This document shows positions 29,798 through 39,854 of a DNA stretch of 64,000 nucleotides, piece after piece. Under the pieces are notes generated by a model. It searched no databases. It was not told the DNA's origin and saw only the letters and a program-made list of their open reading frames with translations. The translations under genes and the position numbers were made by a program. The DNA comes from Candidatus Sysuiplasma jiujiangense (GTDB taxonomy: Archaea; Thermoplasmatota; Thermoplasmata; Sysuiplasmatales; Sysuiplasmataceae): the NCBI GenBank assembly GCA_019721075.1, contig JAHEAD010000002.1, positions 90,949 to 154,948 on the forward strand, given 5' to 3'. Numbering within the stretch: the first letter of the stretch is position 1; each line of letters opens with the position of its first letter.

Positions 29798-30955
29798 ATG
29801 GCAGTCATGAAATCAGGGACCAGCCAAAAATCGATCAGCCTTTCTACGGATACGATAAGATTGGATGGTTCAGGAGTATCCGGTGATGCTCGCAGCGATA
29901 AAGTGTCTGTACTTGGAAATGCCAGGACAAGGATATACAGCTACCCTTCCTGCACTGCAGGGAAACCAGCCTCAAAGAGGATTGTAGTCTTCCGCTCGGC
30001 GGAGGAAGCGGAGGGTGCAGGCTACAGGCTTTGCAGACATTGCGCCACCGCCGGACCCGGAAGACAGACAGCTCGGACGAAATTGATCGAGGATGTGTGC
30101 CACTACATTCGTTCCCATCACTCACAGAAAATAACACTGAAATCTCTCAGTTACACATTTTCAATAAGCCCCTTTACACTCCAGAAGTTATTCAAAAAGA
30201 CGATGGGAGTGTCGCCCAGAAAATATCTCGAAGAGATCAGAATAGCTGACCTCAAGACAAGACTCAGCCGCGGGGATTCAGTGGAGTCGGCAGTCTTCGG
30301 CGTCGGTTACGGCTCAATGACCTGGCTTTACGGAAATTCAAGACTGAAGCTCGGGATGAAGCCTTCATCCTACAAAAATGGAGGCGAGGGGGTGGAAATC
30401 TATTATGGGATAAAGGCAACAGGAATAGGCCATATCATGGTGGCAGCCACAGCGAACGGAATTTGCTCCGTTTCTGCAGCAGACAGTGAAGCTGCTCTGA
30501 TTGACGCGCTCAGGAAGGAATTTCCACGCGCATCCCTGCAGGCGTCGGATAAGATGGACGTTTATATCAGAGGCGTTGAGGATTGCCTTCTGGGAAGTGA
30601 GGTTGCCTTCCCCCTGGACATAAACGGAACGGATTTTGAAAAAAGCGTCTGGGCCGCAATAACAGAAATACCTTACGGAGCGACTGCGACCTACAGTGAA
30701 ATTGCCGAAAGGATAAGGAAACCGCGTGCGGTCAGGGCGGTGGCCAATGCATGTGCGAAGAATCATGTTCCTCTCATCATACCGTGCCACAGGGTGATAA
30801 GAAAGGGAGGCGACCTGGGAGGATACGGTCTGGGTCTCGACAGGAAGAGGAGGCTGCTGGAACTGGAAAAATCCAATTCAGCCGGAGGGAAAAGGATACG
30901 GCCGGAAAGCCGCCCCCGAACGGTTGACGAGACATGCAAAACGCAACAGTGCTGA
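29798..30955 (+). CDS. ada: Ada-like protein: Zn-binding N-domain, AraC HTH, O6-methylguanine-DNA methyltransferase
   Basis: YSYPSC...GYRLCRHC, SPFTLQKLFKKTMGVSPRKY, IPYGATATY, RAVRAVANAC, IPCHRV; TTTATAT about 25 nt upstream of ATG 29798. Confidence 0.9.
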   Translation: MAVMKSGTSQKSISLSTDTIRLDGSGVSGDARSDKVSVLGNARTRIYSYPSCTAGKPASKRIVVFRSAEEAEGAGYRLCRHCATAGPGRQTARTKLIEDVCHYIRSHHSQKITLKSLSYTFSISPFTLQKLFKKTMGVSPRKYLEEIRIADLKTRLSRGDSVESAVFGVGYGSMTWLYGNSRLKLGMKPSSYKNGGEGVEIYYGIKATGIGHIMVAATANGICSVSAADSEAALIDALRKEFPRASLQASDKMDVYIRGVEDCLLGSEVAFPLDINGTDFEKSVWAAITEIPYGATATYSEIAERIRKPRAVRAVANACAKNHVPLIIPCHRVIRKGGDLGGYGLGLDRKRRLLELEKSNSAGGKRIRPESRPRTVDETCKTQQC

Positions 30956-30980
30956 TGCTCGAATCGCACACAGAATTGGT

Positions 30981-31874
30981 TTACCGGTGCCTGCGTATGC
31001 CGGCGCGGTTAAGCAGGGCGTGTATTTCCCTTCTCTGTTCAGGCGTAACGTCCGGAATGGGTTCCTTCGGTTTTCCGACGTTCATGCCGGCATAACTGAC
31101 AGCCTCCTTGAGCCCCGCAGGAAATTCGCCCATCCCGATTGCGCTTATTGCAGGCATCAGCTTGATCTGCATCTCGCGTGCCCTGTCCTTTCTTCCTGAA
31201 ACAAAATAATCATAGATGCCGGCCGCCATTTTCGGCGCGACGTTCGAAACGCCTATGATTGCTCCGCTCCCTCCGAAATCAAGACACGAATATGCCATTG
31301 CATCCGAACCGGTGAAAATGGCAATCTTTTTCCTTGTTTCGGATATGAACGTGATCAGATTGTAAAGATTATACTCGGTATACTTCATGCCGGCGATACA
31401 GCCCTCATCCGCCAGTCTGCTTACGACGCTTACTGGTATGAATATGTGTGTAAACGAAGGAATATTGTACACTACGATGGGGACAGGAAGTTTACTGTGG
31501 AGAAGGCAGAAATGCCTGTAAAGAGCATCTTCCGAGGTTGTATAGTAATAGGGAGGGGTGGCAATTATGCCGTCAACCCCAACGTCTATTGCCTGTTTTG
31601 CAAAGGCGATTATGTTTTCGGTACTCGGATCTGATACTCCTGCAAAGACAGGGACCCTGCCGTTTGCCGCGTCGACAACTGTATCCGTCACCAGGCGCCT
31701 CTCATCCGGAGACAGGAGCGCAAACTCACCGGCAGTTCCCAGGGGGAAAAGGCCGTCTATGCCTCCGGTTATGAGATGATTGACAAGTGCCCGGAGACTT
31801 TCGACATCAACCTCACCTTTTCTTGTAAGCGGCGTCGGCAACGGCGCCCAGATACCATGCAATTCCCTGTTCAT
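30981..31874 (-). CDS. Dihydrodipicolinate synthase/KDG aldolase family class I aldolase
   Basis: GTAGEF, GRVPVFAGV, PPYYY, YNIP, GMKYT Schiff-base Lys. Confidence 0.9.
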   Translation of the reverse strand: MNRELHGIWAPLPTPLTRKGEVDVESLRALVNHLITGGIDGLFPLGTAGEFALLSPDERRLVTDTVVDAANGRVPVFAGVSDPSTENIIAFAKQAIDVGVDGIIATPPYYYTTSEDALYRHFCLLHSKLPVPIVVYNIPSFTHIFIPVSVVSRLADEGCIAGMKYTEYNLYNLITFISETRKKIAIFTGSDAMAYSCLDFGGSGAIIGVSNVAPKMAAGIYDYFVSGRKDRAREMQIKLMPAISAIGMGEFPAGLKEAVSYAGMNVGKPKEPIPDVTPEQRREIHALLNRAGIRRHR

Positions 31875-32451
31875 AATATCAGGATCGGGCACTCGATGAT
31901 ATAGTGTTGCTTTAGCGCGCAACTCAGCGCCATTTTGAATAACGGACACGTCCCGCCGCGACATGATATCCGTCATCTCCTTTCATATTTCAGCGATAAT
32001 CCTTCTGCGAGTATTCCCTGTTTATTCTGTTCGCAACAAGAAGGCTGCGTCTATGGCAGAAGAGATACGATGCAGTGAAAATGACTAACGACCGGCGGTT
32101 CAGCCGTCAGGATATACGCCCGCTATCCTGACCCGGGCCGGTGAGCAGAGCAGCGGTGCTGATACTGCGACGTTGTGCGAAACACGCATTCACTCCGTTG
32201 TGTTCCCCATTCCCCCTGTTCCAGGCGTTCGTGATCCTGCAGAAACGGTAGCTTTATCCTCATCTGGCAACTTGCATGACATTTGCTCTCTTTCTCAGAA
32301 CCAGGGCGTGAAGGATCACATCGATAAGCTTTCCGTTTAAATATTCACCTAAGAAGTCACATGTAAGCAGTGTGATGAAATTTGAATCAATGGTAACATC
32401 TGGATTTCAAAAGTGCTTAATAGAGCACATCCGCTACACGTGCCGATCTTA

Positions 32452-32919
32452 ATGAAATGGATAACAAGAGAAAAAGCCAAAGTGGACAGAATTGCGTGCC
32501 CCTGGCTGATATCAAGGTTCGTGGACAGGAATGCGGAATTTCTGTTTGTTCCAAAGGAAAAGGTACTCACGGTTGCAAAGGAGGAAAAGGCTGTTCCATT
32601 CGACACTCCGGGAGCAGAATTGTTTCATTTTGAAGAGAATGGAAAGGAGTATGTGAGTTTTGATTCCATAATAAGGAAGTACAGGCTCTCGGATGCTGCT
32701 CTTCTTGAACTGGCGAGGATAGTAAGGGGAGCGGACGCAAGTATTCCTGATGCGCCGGCTGAATCCGCGGGACTGGAGGCGGCGGCGCTCGGATTCAGGG
32801 AAATAGCCGGAAACGACCATGAAAATATGAAAATCCAGTTTCCGCTCTATGATGCGCTGTATGCATACTGCAAGGGAAAGATAGCAGGAAAATCGAAATT
32901 GGAACACGCGCACAGTTAA
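32452..32919 (+). CDS. Chromate resistance ChrB C-terminal domain protein
   Basis: MKWITRE..KVDRIACPWLISRFVD, AVPFD, LARIVRGAD, YDALYAYC. Confidence 0.88.
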   Translation: MKWITREKAKVDRIACPWLISRFVDRNAEFLFVPKEKVLTVAKEEKAVPFDTPGAELFHFEENGKEYVSFDSIIRKYRLSDAALLELARIVRGADASIPDAPAESAGLEAAALGFREIAGNDHENMKIQFPLYDALYAYCKGKIAGKSKLEHAHS

Positions 32920-33465
32920 GACACTGCCTTGCGGCCCAGGACACGACGAAACGGAATTGCGGAAAACTTTAATTGTGTCGCCATTCTGAGAGGTCCGCTC
33001 TCTTTTCCGGACTTGCGTCAGGGAGGTTCACGTTTTGGCGTAAACAGCCGTTGCGCTTTTGTGAAAGCAGGGCTGACTGCCTCATCACCATCCATCATGC
33101 ACAGTTTATCCATCATTTACAGTAATGTGAGCGTTTCGGACCTGCCGGTACGGTGACCCCTTGAGTGTATCAGATCTTGCAATGCAGTCATGGGGCAGCA
33201 TAGGTCATCTCCCCCTCGGATTGTTTCCTGATCTCTCATCCATCAACAACCGTTCCTGACATCTTGTTACATATCCTGGATCTTGTCATTCTGTCTGTCA
33301 GGGAAAGAGAAGAGATATCTTTTTGATCCAATGATGTACAGCAGGTGACTTTGTTTGCGAACTGAAACTGACTGTTTCGAACCTATGTTATTAAAATCGC
33401 CATGCTGCCGCAAAGCAGGTTCCGGTAATAACTTTTTTATAGCTTTTGACCAATACGGGAATACA

Positions 33466-33485
33466 ATACTAATGTTGATTAGTAT
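33466..33485. promoter_or_regulatory. Palindromic candidate operator ATACTAAT-GTTG-ATTAGTAT
   Basis: Perfect 8-bp inverted repeat 30 nt before the sugar-binding protein ATG; same core occurs at the trmB start. Confidence 0.75.
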
Positions 33486-33514
33486 ATTAAATAAATGAGG
33501 GGATAATTTTGCGA

Positions 33515-34828
33515 ATGAGAACAGTCGGTGTGATAGTTGTGATCGTAGTGGTCATAGCGGCCGCTGCCAGCGCGGGGTACATTCTTACCAAACCGAAAAG
33601 CAAGCTGACAATTGTCTTTTCAGGATGGGTATCCAGCGGAGCTGAATACACGTTCGACCAGCAGATGGTAAAAAACTTCAATGCGATGCATCCGAACGAT
33701 TCGGTTGTGTTTAGTCCGATAACAGGAAACTATTATGGTGTGTTGTCAACGAAGTTTACGACCAATACGGCTCCAGCAGTCATGTACATGGAAAATGACG
33801 CACTGCCCGCTTATGCCAAGGCAGGCTATCTTTTGAACATGACGCCTTTCCTGAATGCAAATTCGAGCTACGATGTTCAGGGATTTGTTCCTCAGATCCT
33901 GAACACATTTACATACAAGGGAGGGATTTATGCCGCTCCCAAGGACTGGAGTCCATTGTTCATCTACTTCAACAAGTACATATTCAACCAGGAAAAAGTT
34001 CCTTACCCCGGCAACCTTACCGTATGGAACTGGACAACGATGACTTCCACACTTCAGCAGCTCAAAAACAACGAGACCATGCTGCCCGGAGGCGGGTCCG
34101 GCTACTATCCAATGGTTGTCGGAGCCCAGTTTGCCAGGATCCTCGCATTCATGCATGAGGCTGGCGGACAGTGGATTAGCCAGAGCGGAAGCGGTGCAGC
34201 ACCTAACTCTGCAGGACTCCTGTCTGCGATAGAGTTCTGGTACGGCCTATACCAAAAGGGACTGGCAGGATTGAATACCAATATGAGTGCTGGCTGGAAC
34301 GGTGGCGACTTTTCAACAGGCAAGGTCGGAATGGTTGTCAGCGGCGGATGGACATATCCGGTGGCAACAGGAAACGGTTCGTTCTTCCATAACAATCTCA
34401 ACGCCCTTGGCTATTATCATATGCCATCAGATGTACAGAACGGAACAATGGGTTTTGACGTCGGCCTGGCGATAAACAGCCATTTGCCCGCAGCCAAACA
34501 GTGGCTTGCCCTTCAGTTCATAGAGTACTTCACCGGACCGGTTGGAGAGAAGCAGTGGGTTAGCCTGGGACTTGCCCTGCCGGCGAGAACGTCAATCCTG
34601 GAAAGTTCTGCATATTCGAGCATTCAGCCGGCACTGGCATATGCCGGATCTACCGAATTCCCGTATACATATGGATGGGCATACAACACCACGAACTTCA
34701 CCGCGGCGCACACTGAGGCGCACAATGTCATTGCAGATATGTTTGCCGGCAAACTGACGCCCATGCAGGCTTACCAGCAGATACTCGCCGATACAAACTC
34801 TTCGCTGGCAGGTACATCGACATTGTAG
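33515..34828 (+). CDS. Sugar ABC transporter substrate-binding protein
   Basis: N-terminal TM anchor, IYAAPKD, YFNKYIF, FSTGKVGMVVSGGW; first gene of the ABC operon. Confidence 0.9.
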   Translation: MRTVGVIVVIVVVIAAAASAGYILTKPKSKLTIVFSGWVSSGAEYTFDQQMVKNFNAMHPNDSVVFSPITGNYYGVLSTKFTTNTAPAVMYMENDALPAYAKAGYLLNMTPFLNANSSYDVQGFVPQILNTFTYKGGIYAAPKDWSPLFIYFNKYIFNQEKVPYPGNLTVWNWTTMTSTLQQLKNNETMLPGGGSGYYPMVVGAQFARILAFMHEAGGQWISQSGSGAAPNSAGLLSAIEFWYGLYQKGLAGLNTNMSAGWNGGDFSTGKVGMVVSGGWTYPVATGNGSFFHNNLNALGYYHMPSDVQNGTMGFDVGLAINSHLPAAKQWLALQFIEYFTGPVGEKQWVSLGLALPARTSILESSAYSSIQPALAYAGSTEFPYTYGWAYNTTNFTAAHTEAHNVIADMFAGKLTPMQAYQQILADTNSSLAGTSTL

Positions 34829-34882
34829 TGCATCAACATTTTTAACCGTTCAAACCTTTTACCATTCTCTTGATATGAAGGT

Positions 34883-35815
34883 GTGTTGATTCTGGCAGCC
34901 GGCATCTCATTTAGATCGCTTTCGGGTTCTTCAAGCAAGAGAGTCGTAAGCATGACAGCTTACATTTTTATTGCGCCTCTGTTTGCCATGATGTTTGCAT
35001 TTGTTTTCTTTCCTGTATTGTTTTCACTTTACATCAGCCTTTATCATTACGATCCGTTTTTTCATAAAATTTACTTCATAGGACTGACCAATTACTTCAA
35101 TGTGCTGGAAAATCCGAGCTTCATCTTCTCAATATTCAATGTTCTTTACTACACCGTTGTTGTTGTCACCATTCAGACGTTTCTCGCGTTTTTCCTCGCA
35201 CTTCTCTTCAACAACAAATTACCGGCTTCAAGAACGACGAGAGCGCTCGTCTTTCTCCCCGCAATATCATCACCGGTGGCTTTCTCGATAATATTCATCT
35301 GGGTATTTTCCCCGCAGGGGCTTGTTAATTCCTTCCTCCCCTATGTGAACATATTCAATCTTCCGCATAACGAAAACTGGCTGCTGAGCACAACATACGC
35401 ATTTCCAGCGATCATGGCGATGAACATTTTCTCCACTGCTCCATATTTCATGGTAATATATATTGCAGGACTGCAGGCAATTCCGACGCAGATACTGGAA
35501 GCCGCTGCCCTGGACGGCGTCAAGAGCAGCTGGCACAAGTTCAGGTACATCTACTTCCCCATGCTCAGGTTTACTACCACATTTGTCATAATTCTTGGCC
35601 TTATCGGATCCATACAGCTATTCGATCAGGTGTTCGTGATAACCGACGGCGGTCCCGCGCACGCAACTTATGTGCCCCTGATGTTCATATACAACAGGGC
35701 ATTCCTTTACGATGAACTGGGACAGTCCGCTGCCGCATCCTTCGTTCTCTTTGCAGTCATAATGCTCCTGACGCTCACACAGCGAAGATTCTTCAAGGAG
35801 ATGACATGGGCATGA
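34883..35815 (+). CDS. Carbohydrate ABC permease (MalF-like)
   Basis: FIGLTNY, AGLQAIP..ILEAAALDG EAA loop, FDQVFVITDGGP. Confidence 0.93.
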   Translation: MLILAAGISFRSLSGSSSKRVVSMTAYIFIAPLFAMMFAFVFFPVLFSLYISLYHYDPFFHKIYFIGLTNYFNVLENPSFIFSIFNVLYYTVVVVTIQTFLAFFLALLFNNKLPASRTTRALVFLPAISSPVAFSIIFIWVFSPQGLVNSFLPYVNIFNLPHNENWLLSTTYAFPAIMAMNIFSTAPYFMVIYIAGLQAIPTQILEAAALDGVKSSWHKFRYIYFPMLRFTTTFVIILGLIGSIQLFDQVFVITDGGPAHATYVPLMFIYNRAFLYDELGQSAAASFVLFAVIMLLTLTQRRFFKEMTWA

Positions 35816-36750
35816 CAGCTTCGAATCCGGTGACTGAGCGGTTGACACGCTTCAAGGATGTTATCGCTTCCAGATTCGGAAGAGAGGAAGCGCACGTTCC
35901 GACCGTTTACAGAATGAGCAAATCGAAAAGTGCAACGCTTCAGGCGCTGATGATAATACTGGCGGTAATCTATTTCGTCCCATTCTACTGGATGATCCTT
36001 AAGTCATTCCGATCCAGCATATTTGCGGGATTCCCGGTGGATCTGAATCCTGTTTCCAGGACAAGCATTGCAAATTTCGTGTCGAATTTCAACTACGTCT
36101 GGAGTTTCGGAAGTTTTCCCATGTGGTATTTCAATAGCATTTTTGTTGCCGTCGTTGTTGTTGCTTCAAGTGTCTTCATCGGATCGCTTGCCGGCTACGC
36201 GTTCGCACGTCTTGATTTTCCCGGAAGAAATTTGTTATTTTACGCTGTTCTGGCGACACTGATGATTCCTTTCCCTGTGATCACCATATCCGAATATGTT
36301 TTCATGGTGAATCTCGGCTGGATAAATTCGTATCAGGGACTGATACTGCCGCAGATTGCTTCGGCGGTAAACGTATATCTGATGCGGCAGTATTTCCTGA
36401 CAATACCGGGCGAAATAGAGGATGCCGCAAAAATTGACGGCTTGCGTCCTGCCCAGATATTCTTCAGGATATCCGCGCCTCTTGCCAAGCCCGCCTTTGC
36501 GGCCAGCGCAATCTTTACATTCATAGGATCATGGAATAATTTTATCTGGCCACTATTTGAAATACAGTCGACAGGCATGTATACGCTGCCTCTGGCACTC
36601 AATTTTTTCAAGGGAGCCAATGGAACACAGATTTACTGGAATCAGATGATGCTTGCGACCACCATTACACTCATTCCAACATTCATCATATACGTCATTT
36701 TCGAGAGATTCTTCATTCAGGGCATTTCACTCACCGGTACGAAGGGATGA
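35806..36750 (+). CDS. Carbohydrate ABC permease (MalG-like)
   Basis: AGYAFARLDFPGR, IPGEIEDAAKIDG, SWNNFIWP. Confidence 0.93.
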   Translation: MGMTASNPVTERLTRFKDVIASRFGREEAHVPTVYRMSKSKSATLQALMIILAVIYFVPFYWMILKSFRSSIFAGFPVDLNPVSRTSIANFVSNFNYVWSFGSFPMWYFNSIFVAVVVVASSVFIGSLAGYAFARLDFPGRNLLFYAVLATLMIPFPVITISEYVFMVNLGWINSYQGLILPQIASAVNVYLMRQYFLTIPGEIEDAAKIDGLRPAQIFFRISAPLAKPAFAASAIFTFIGSWNNFIWPLFEIQSTGMYTLPLALNFFKGANGTQIYWNQMMLATTITLIPTFIIYVIFERFFIQGISLTGTKG

Positions 36751-36754
36751 ACAG

Positions 36755-37873
36755 ATGTCGATAGAAGTAAGAGACCTTGTGGTCGAATTCAAGGGCGTCA
36801 GGGCACTCGATGGCCTGAATTTCGAAGCCGACGACGGTGAATTCCTGGTGATACTCGGTCCGTCGGGATGCGGTAAGACGACTGCACTGAAGTGCATTGC
36901 GGGCCTGCTTGAACCAACTTCAGGGGAGATATACATTGACGGAAAGATAGTTAATGGCGTCTATCCTTCGGAGAGAAACATTGCGATGGTCTTCCAGAAC
37001 TATGCGCTATATCCGCACATGACGGTATACGACAACATAGCACTGAACATGAGGATGAAGAGGCTGCCAAAGGATGTAATCGATGCAAAAGTCAGGAACG
37101 TGGCGTCAAAACTGCAGATTGACCAGATGCTGAAGAAGAGACCGAAGGAGCTGTCAGGAGGGCAGGCCCAGAGAGTTGGTCTCGCGAGGGCAATGGTCAG
37201 AGAGCCCACAGCATACCTGATGGATGAACCGCTTTCCAACCTTGATGCGAAGCTCAGAAACGAGATGCGAGATGAAATGAAACGCTTCCAGAATATCACC
37301 GGCAAGTCCATTATTTACGTGACGCATGACCAGGTTGAGGCAATGACGCTGGGTGACAGAATTGTCGTCATGAATAAGGGCAGAATAGTACAGGAAGATG
37401 CCCCGAAAAAGCTTTTCGACGATCCTGATCATGTTTTTGTCGCGAATTTTCTCGGCAATCCGCCGATGAATATGATCAATGTGGACTTATTGCCCAGCGG
37501 CACATCAGAATACAGGTTAAAGATTGACGATGCCCTGAACGGGAACGCACGCATTGCGACGGACGGATCGGTACGCCTTCCGCAGTCAGCCGTGATCGGC
37601 ATCAGGCCTACAGACCTGAGGTATTCGGAAAAAGGCAACGTGTCGGCTGTTTTTGACTATGCGGAGCTGCTGGGAGCCGACGTGAACGTGCATTTCCACC
37701 TTGGCCCTGACAGATGCATTGCAAGAATAGAGCGGAGAGACGAAAATGAGAAACTTCTTGAAATCAGCAAGGGAAGTCATTTTTCTCTCGATGTCTCGCC
37801 TGACAGACTTTTTATTTTTGATGCGCAGACGCAGCGCAGGATAAGAACAGCAGTAAAAGAGTTTTCAATATGA
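36755..37873 (+). CDS. Sugar ABC transporter ATPase (MalK-like)
   Basis: GPSGCGKTT, FQNYALYPHM, LSGGQ, MDEPLSNLDAKLR, VTHDQVEAM. Confidence 0.95.
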   Translation: MSIEVRDLVVEFKGVRALDGLNFEADDGEFLVILGPSGCGKTTALKCIAGLLEPTSGEIYIDGKIVNGVYPSERNIAMVFQNYALYPHMTVYDNIALNMRMKRLPKDVIDAKVRNVASKLQIDQMLKKRPKELSGGQAQRVGLARAMVREPTAYLMDEPLSNLDAKLRNEMRDEMKRFQNITGKSIIYVTHDQVEAMTLGDRIVVMNKGRIVQEDAPKKLFDDPDHVFVANFLGNPPMNMINVDLLPSGTSEYRLKIDDALNGNARIATDGSVRLPQSAVIGIRPTDLRYSEKGNVSAVFDYAELLGADVNVHFHLGPDRCIARIERRDENEKLLEISKGSHFSLDVSPDRLFIFDAQTQRRIRTAVKEFSI

Positions 37874-37968
37874 GTCACCTTGTCGGATTCAAGGCGCGGG
37901 AAACAGCGGCAGAGAACGCCATGCACCGGACACGACAGTTCCCGCAATAGAGCTGAAATATCTGGAAA

Positions 37969-39846
37969 ATGCTGAAGGCTCCCATGGGTGACGGTATGCC
38001 TGACGGATCTGACGGCGCTGTGAATATCCATGTGCTTAGCAGACCCGGGCATCTTCCCTTCACCGTTTCGGGTATGCGTTCCTATTTCATCGGATTTACC
38101 GATTTGATGCCCGACAGCATAGGGTCCCACATCCCGGACGAGATGAACGGCCTCTGGATTCCGCCACTTCGTCTCTTCAAGAATATCACGGTCAGCAGGA
38201 ATTCCGAACCGCTCAAAGTCGAGTCATTCTCAATTTTGCCCTGGAAACGAATTTTCGATCTCGGAAATGCGAAGATCGAATTGATGATGACAGACAACCC
38301 CGGCATGCTCATCAAGATGCAAGGCACCGTCCGAATGACTGTTGACATGGAGTTTAAACCGATTCCTGTTTGGCTCGACAGCAGGAGTCCTGAGTACAGG
38401 ATTGCCAGCAGAAGCAATGATCGAAAGGCAACCTTGCATTTCCCGAATTTCGACAAGAGTTTTGGAATAACCTTCGGAAGGGGAAAGTACCGCATAACGG
38501 AAGAAAAAATATCTCTTGAATCTATCGGAGAGTCGTTCATCCTGATAGAGAGCCGCCGAAGAACGTCACGCAGTGGACGCGTATCCAACCTAGGCCGGCT
38601 GGAGCAGGACAACATCTCCTTTTACTCCAGCATCCAGTCCAGATCCGAACTGATAACAGAGAGCACATCAGTGGACAATGCATATTACTGGTCCAAGATG
38701 GTCCTTGCCTGGCTATCGCATGCCCAGGACGGCATAGGCACAGGCATAACCGCGGGCCATCCCGAATTTCCATGGTACTTCGGATTCGATACCTTCCTGA
38801 CATTCGACGCCTTGCTTGAATGCGGAATGTTCGATATCGCAGCGGGATCCCTTGAGATACTTTCAGCAAGAGCGAGATGCAACAATGGAAGGATACCACA
38901 CGAAATAATAACCAGCGGACATGTTTACAATGAAGGGGATCTGGAAGAAAGCGCCATGTTCGCCACCGCATTGCTCAAATATTACGACTGGACGCTTGAC
39001 ATGGAGTTTCTTGCCGGGCATGCACATGATGCATACAGGGCACTCTGCTTTGTGCTTGACAGAGACATGCTCGGACCCGGCGCGATGGAGGATCCGGAGC
39101 GCGGAGAGGGAAAGGACATCGATACAATGTGCTTCTTCACTGAAAGCGTTGAATCACTTGAGCGCATATGTTCCATTCTCGGCGAAGATGCTGACTATCC
39201 CCGTTTCGACAGAATGGATGAACTTGCTGAGGCAGCGGCGGAGACGCGCATGACGATCGAAGATGAAATGTGGATACCGGAACAGAATATTTATGCTAAC
39301 AGGATTGTGGACGGCTCCCCCCTCTTCAGGGGACACTGGACATCGATAATGCCCTTCTACTGCCATATTGCGGCCAGAGACAGGTTTGCAAGATTCGCAA
39401 GCGCGCGTGAGGGAGGGCTCTCCCTGATAAGCGGGCGGTACGGAATAACGGCGGACAGGAGAGGTGCGGCAATGCCCGTCCAGAACGGAATGATGTGCCT
39501 GGCGTCGCTGTTTTACGGTGACGCCAACAACGCACTAAAATTTTTCAGACACAATATCTCTGCGTTTGGAAAATATTCCCCGTGCTGCATTCCGGAGATA
39601 ACAAACAGGAAGAACGGATGCTATATGCAGGCGTGGTCTTCGGCCATGCTCATTCATCCCCTCATCAGTGGCTTCATAGGCCTCGGCGTGAAGGGGGGTG
39701 TACCCTCCCTGAAACCTGATTTCGCCGGCAGAATCTCGGAAAAGGTGAAGTTAAAGAACGTATCCGTAGGACGCAGGCGTTATGACTGCACCATACTCGC
39801 CAAACGTGCCGGTCCTGTTGAATTCGACATTTCCCCCGGCAACTGA
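37969..39846 (+). CDS. (alpha/alpha)6 glycoside hydrolase, amylo-alpha-1,6-glucosidase-like; start uncertain
   Basis: AGHPEFPWYFGFD, GRIPHEI, IPEI...QAWSSA, LG at C-terminus; located in a sugar ABC operon. Confidence 0.75.
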   Translation: MLKAPMGDGMPDGSDGAVNIHVLSRPGHLPFTVSGMRSYFIGFTDLMPDSIGSHIPDEMNGLWIPPLRLFKNITVSRNSEPLKVESFSILPWKRIFDLGNAKIELMMTDNPGMLIKMQGTVRMTVDMEFKPIPVWLDSRSPEYRIASRSNDRKATLHFPNFDKSFGITFGRGKYRITEEKISLESIGESFILIESRRRTSRSGRVSNLGRLEQDNISFYSSIQSRSELITESTSVDNAYYWSKMVLAWLSHAQDGIGTGITAGHPEFPWYFGFDTFLTFDALLECGMFDIAAGSLEILSARARCNNGRIPHEIITSGHVYNEGDLEESAMFATALLKYYDWTLDMEFLAGHAHDAYRALCFVLDRDMLGPGAMEDPERGEGKDIDTMCFFTESVESLERICSILGEDADYPRFDRMDELAEAAAETRMTIEDEMWIPEQNIYANRIVDGSPLFRGHWTSIMPFYCHIAARDRFARFASAREGGLSLISGRYGITADRRGAAMPVQNGMMCLASLFYGDANNALKFFRHNISAFGKYSPCCIPEITNRKNGCYMQAWSSAMLIHPLISGFIGLGVKGGVPSLKPDFAGRISEKVKLKNVSVGRRRYDCTILAKRAGPVEFDISPGN

Positions 39847-39854
39847 GGATGCCA

